This document shows, in pieces, positions 61,774 through 64,000 of a DNA stretch of 64,000 bases. This DNA is from Lama glama (Eukaryota), in the NCBI GenBank assembly GCA_028534125.1, contig CM052818.1, positions 13,580,001 to 13,644,000 of the forward strand, written 5' to 3'. A program made the position numbers and the translations under genes. The stretch's first letter is position 1. Each line of letters opens with the position of its first letter. The notes below the pieces were generated by a model that saw only the letters and a list, made by a program, of their open reading frames with translations, was not told where the DNA came from and ran no database searches.

Positions 61774-64000
61774 AGTCTAGTACAAGCAACTAGTCAAGAG
61801 AATTCTCAGATGCCCACTCCTGAGAAGGGAGAATGTTCAGAAAGAGTAGGCTGAGCCGATACCAAGATACTGCAGAACAAATATAAAAAGAAAATGGATA
61901 GACTTATATTACTCAGAATGGGATGTAGGTGGAATGTGAAGGGAACAGAAAGAAGGAGGTATAGCCGAGGATTTCAGCCTGAAGGTTGTGAAGACAGTAG
62001 GATCTGTGACATGAATAGTAAACCTAGAGGGTCAAAGCAGTTATTGAAGAGAAAGGTGTCAGACTAAATGTAAGTGTGAAGTCACCAACCAACATATTGG
62101 CTGGATATTCATCTGAATATCCTAGAAAGCAGTTGGGACATAAGTAACTTATGCAGAGATAATATTTTTAAAACAATCCCAGTTTTACCATCTCAGGCAT
62201 ATCTCAAATCACTGTAACAGTTTCAAAATACTCTGAAACTTACAAAATTAATTTAAAGGTAATTAAAACTCCCTATTATGAGCACAGTACTAAGCTATCG
62301 GATAGTTTGTTTCCTACCGATACATATACATAGTCTAATATATAGAGTTAACCAATTTATGAAAGGCAGGCTCATGAGCACTCTAGTTGAGGTTTTAAAA
62401 AGTCATAAAAAATGGGGAAAGAATAGGTTAATTCTACCTGGAAGAAAAAGTGGAAGTTGCTAAGACATGGACTTTGAAAAGGATTTCAATATGGAGAGGT
62501 GATATCTGAGCTGCACTTTAAAGGATGATTATAAAGGGAAAGTCTGCTGATGGAGTGGAAACAGTTTTATCAGTAGATAAAGAAGACAGTAAATAGAGGT
62601 CAGACTGTAGAGGGGTTTAGAATATTAGACTTAGGACTCTGAACTTTATTCTGCATGTGTTAGTAAACACTGAAGAATACCCAACATTTCATGGAAACCA
62701 AAACTGCTTATTTGGCTATAGTTTTGATACAGTTTTATGGCTATACATTTTAATGCAATTGCCAAGGACTCATAGATTAGAAGAGGTGATATTTTTTAAA
62801 AAGCATAAAAATATTACCATTATCATTTATGAAAACAGGCAAATTATCTTAATAAAATTTTGGAAATAGCTATCAGGACCAAGTAGATCTGTGGGAATGC
62901 AAAGATGGACAGGCATATAATCTCTATAATGAATTACAGAGAAAAACCATATGATAACAAGATGCAAAAGAGGCAATTTATAGACTTCAATGTACATTTC
63001 CTAGAGAATTTCGAATATTAGGAAATGTCCTTAACTTGGTAAATGGTATCTATCAGAAATTAAGAATATGTATACAACACTGGAGATGTTGCCATTGAAG
63101 TGAGGAAGAAAATAGTCATCACTATAACTCTCATTAGTGTTCTGAGGTCCTAAACAACATGATAAGATTAAAAAGAGGTGGAGGAGTACAAAAACATCTA
63201 CAGATAACCATCTGAAAAACACTAAGTTGCTATAAAACAATGTGTTAGAACTAGTAAGTGAGCAGTGGCCACATAGGTTTGCCAAAATAAACTGCTGTCT
63301 TCTCCAGCAGTCAAACGTTGCCGTGGTATGAGCTCATTTCCACTTCTCACACTTTTTTCACGTTTTGAAGAGCTATGTCAGCAGTGAGTTTGCCCCATCC
63401 CCTGGGGTCCTGGCCAGGGTTAAATCTTATGTCCCAAAACGTATCTCAAGTCAATGAAATTTTTATTAGCCAGACTTAACCTCCAACCCCCTTGATCAAG
63501 CACCCTCAAAATCCAATCCCAAGTGTACTTCTCTGGCTCCCGCTAGTACATGCTAGCTTATTTCAGTTACTTCAGTGTGTAGTCTTCTTCCTACCTTATC
63601 AGGCCCAGCAGTCCCCAGCAGAGTATGCCGAGGTTACCTAACTCTAGTTACCACAGCCTCTCAGCTAAGAGAAGAAACGGGAGCAACTATGGAAGAGGTC
63701 TTTCTGCAAAGGGGTGGGCAGTGTTACCTCTTGCTAGGTATTATGAGCCATTTCTGCAAGCCCTGAGGACCCAAGGGTGTCTACAGAGCCAAAATCCTCA
63801 GGGACACCATCCCTAGTTTCAAAGCTTCAGACTTTTCCCAACCAGGGCCCTAGATGCATAGCAGACCTCTCTAGGCTGAACATTCTAACACCTTTAGAGC
63901 TCTGTAACTGTCAAATCTCATGTCTGTTCTTCCACTGCAGGGCCTCTTATGAAGCCTAAAGTGTCGCCCTGGCTCCCAAACTTAGTTCTTAACTGTATTA

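Overview
Mammalian genomic DNA, most likely camelid (a vic-1-type SINE is present). The window holds the complete PNPT1 gene (mitochondrial polynucleotide phosphorylase, PNPase) on the + strand. It has 28 coding exons from ATG 22677 to TGA 58892, which splice to a 2358-nt CDS of 785 aa, and intron 19 has a GC donor. The promoter carries an ISRE and a CCAAT box. The first ~22 kb is repeat-rich intergenic DNA (ERV1/ERVL/MaLR solo LTRs, L1, L2, MIR, hAT elements) with one strong CTCF motif. I found no new multi-gene system. The most unusual items are: a TSD-flanked 5'-truncated mRNA retrocopy with its own polyA signal, sense-oriented in intron 11; a tRNA-Tyr 5' fragment between 19-bp direct repeats; a perfect 19-bp-arm palindrome upstream of the promoter; and several splice-site oddities (a U12-type donor next to a U2 donor, a stop-free in-frame intron, a duplicated acceptor). 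Repeat family names and human protein comparisons come from memory of consensus sequences and need confirmation; most repeat boundaries are approximate.
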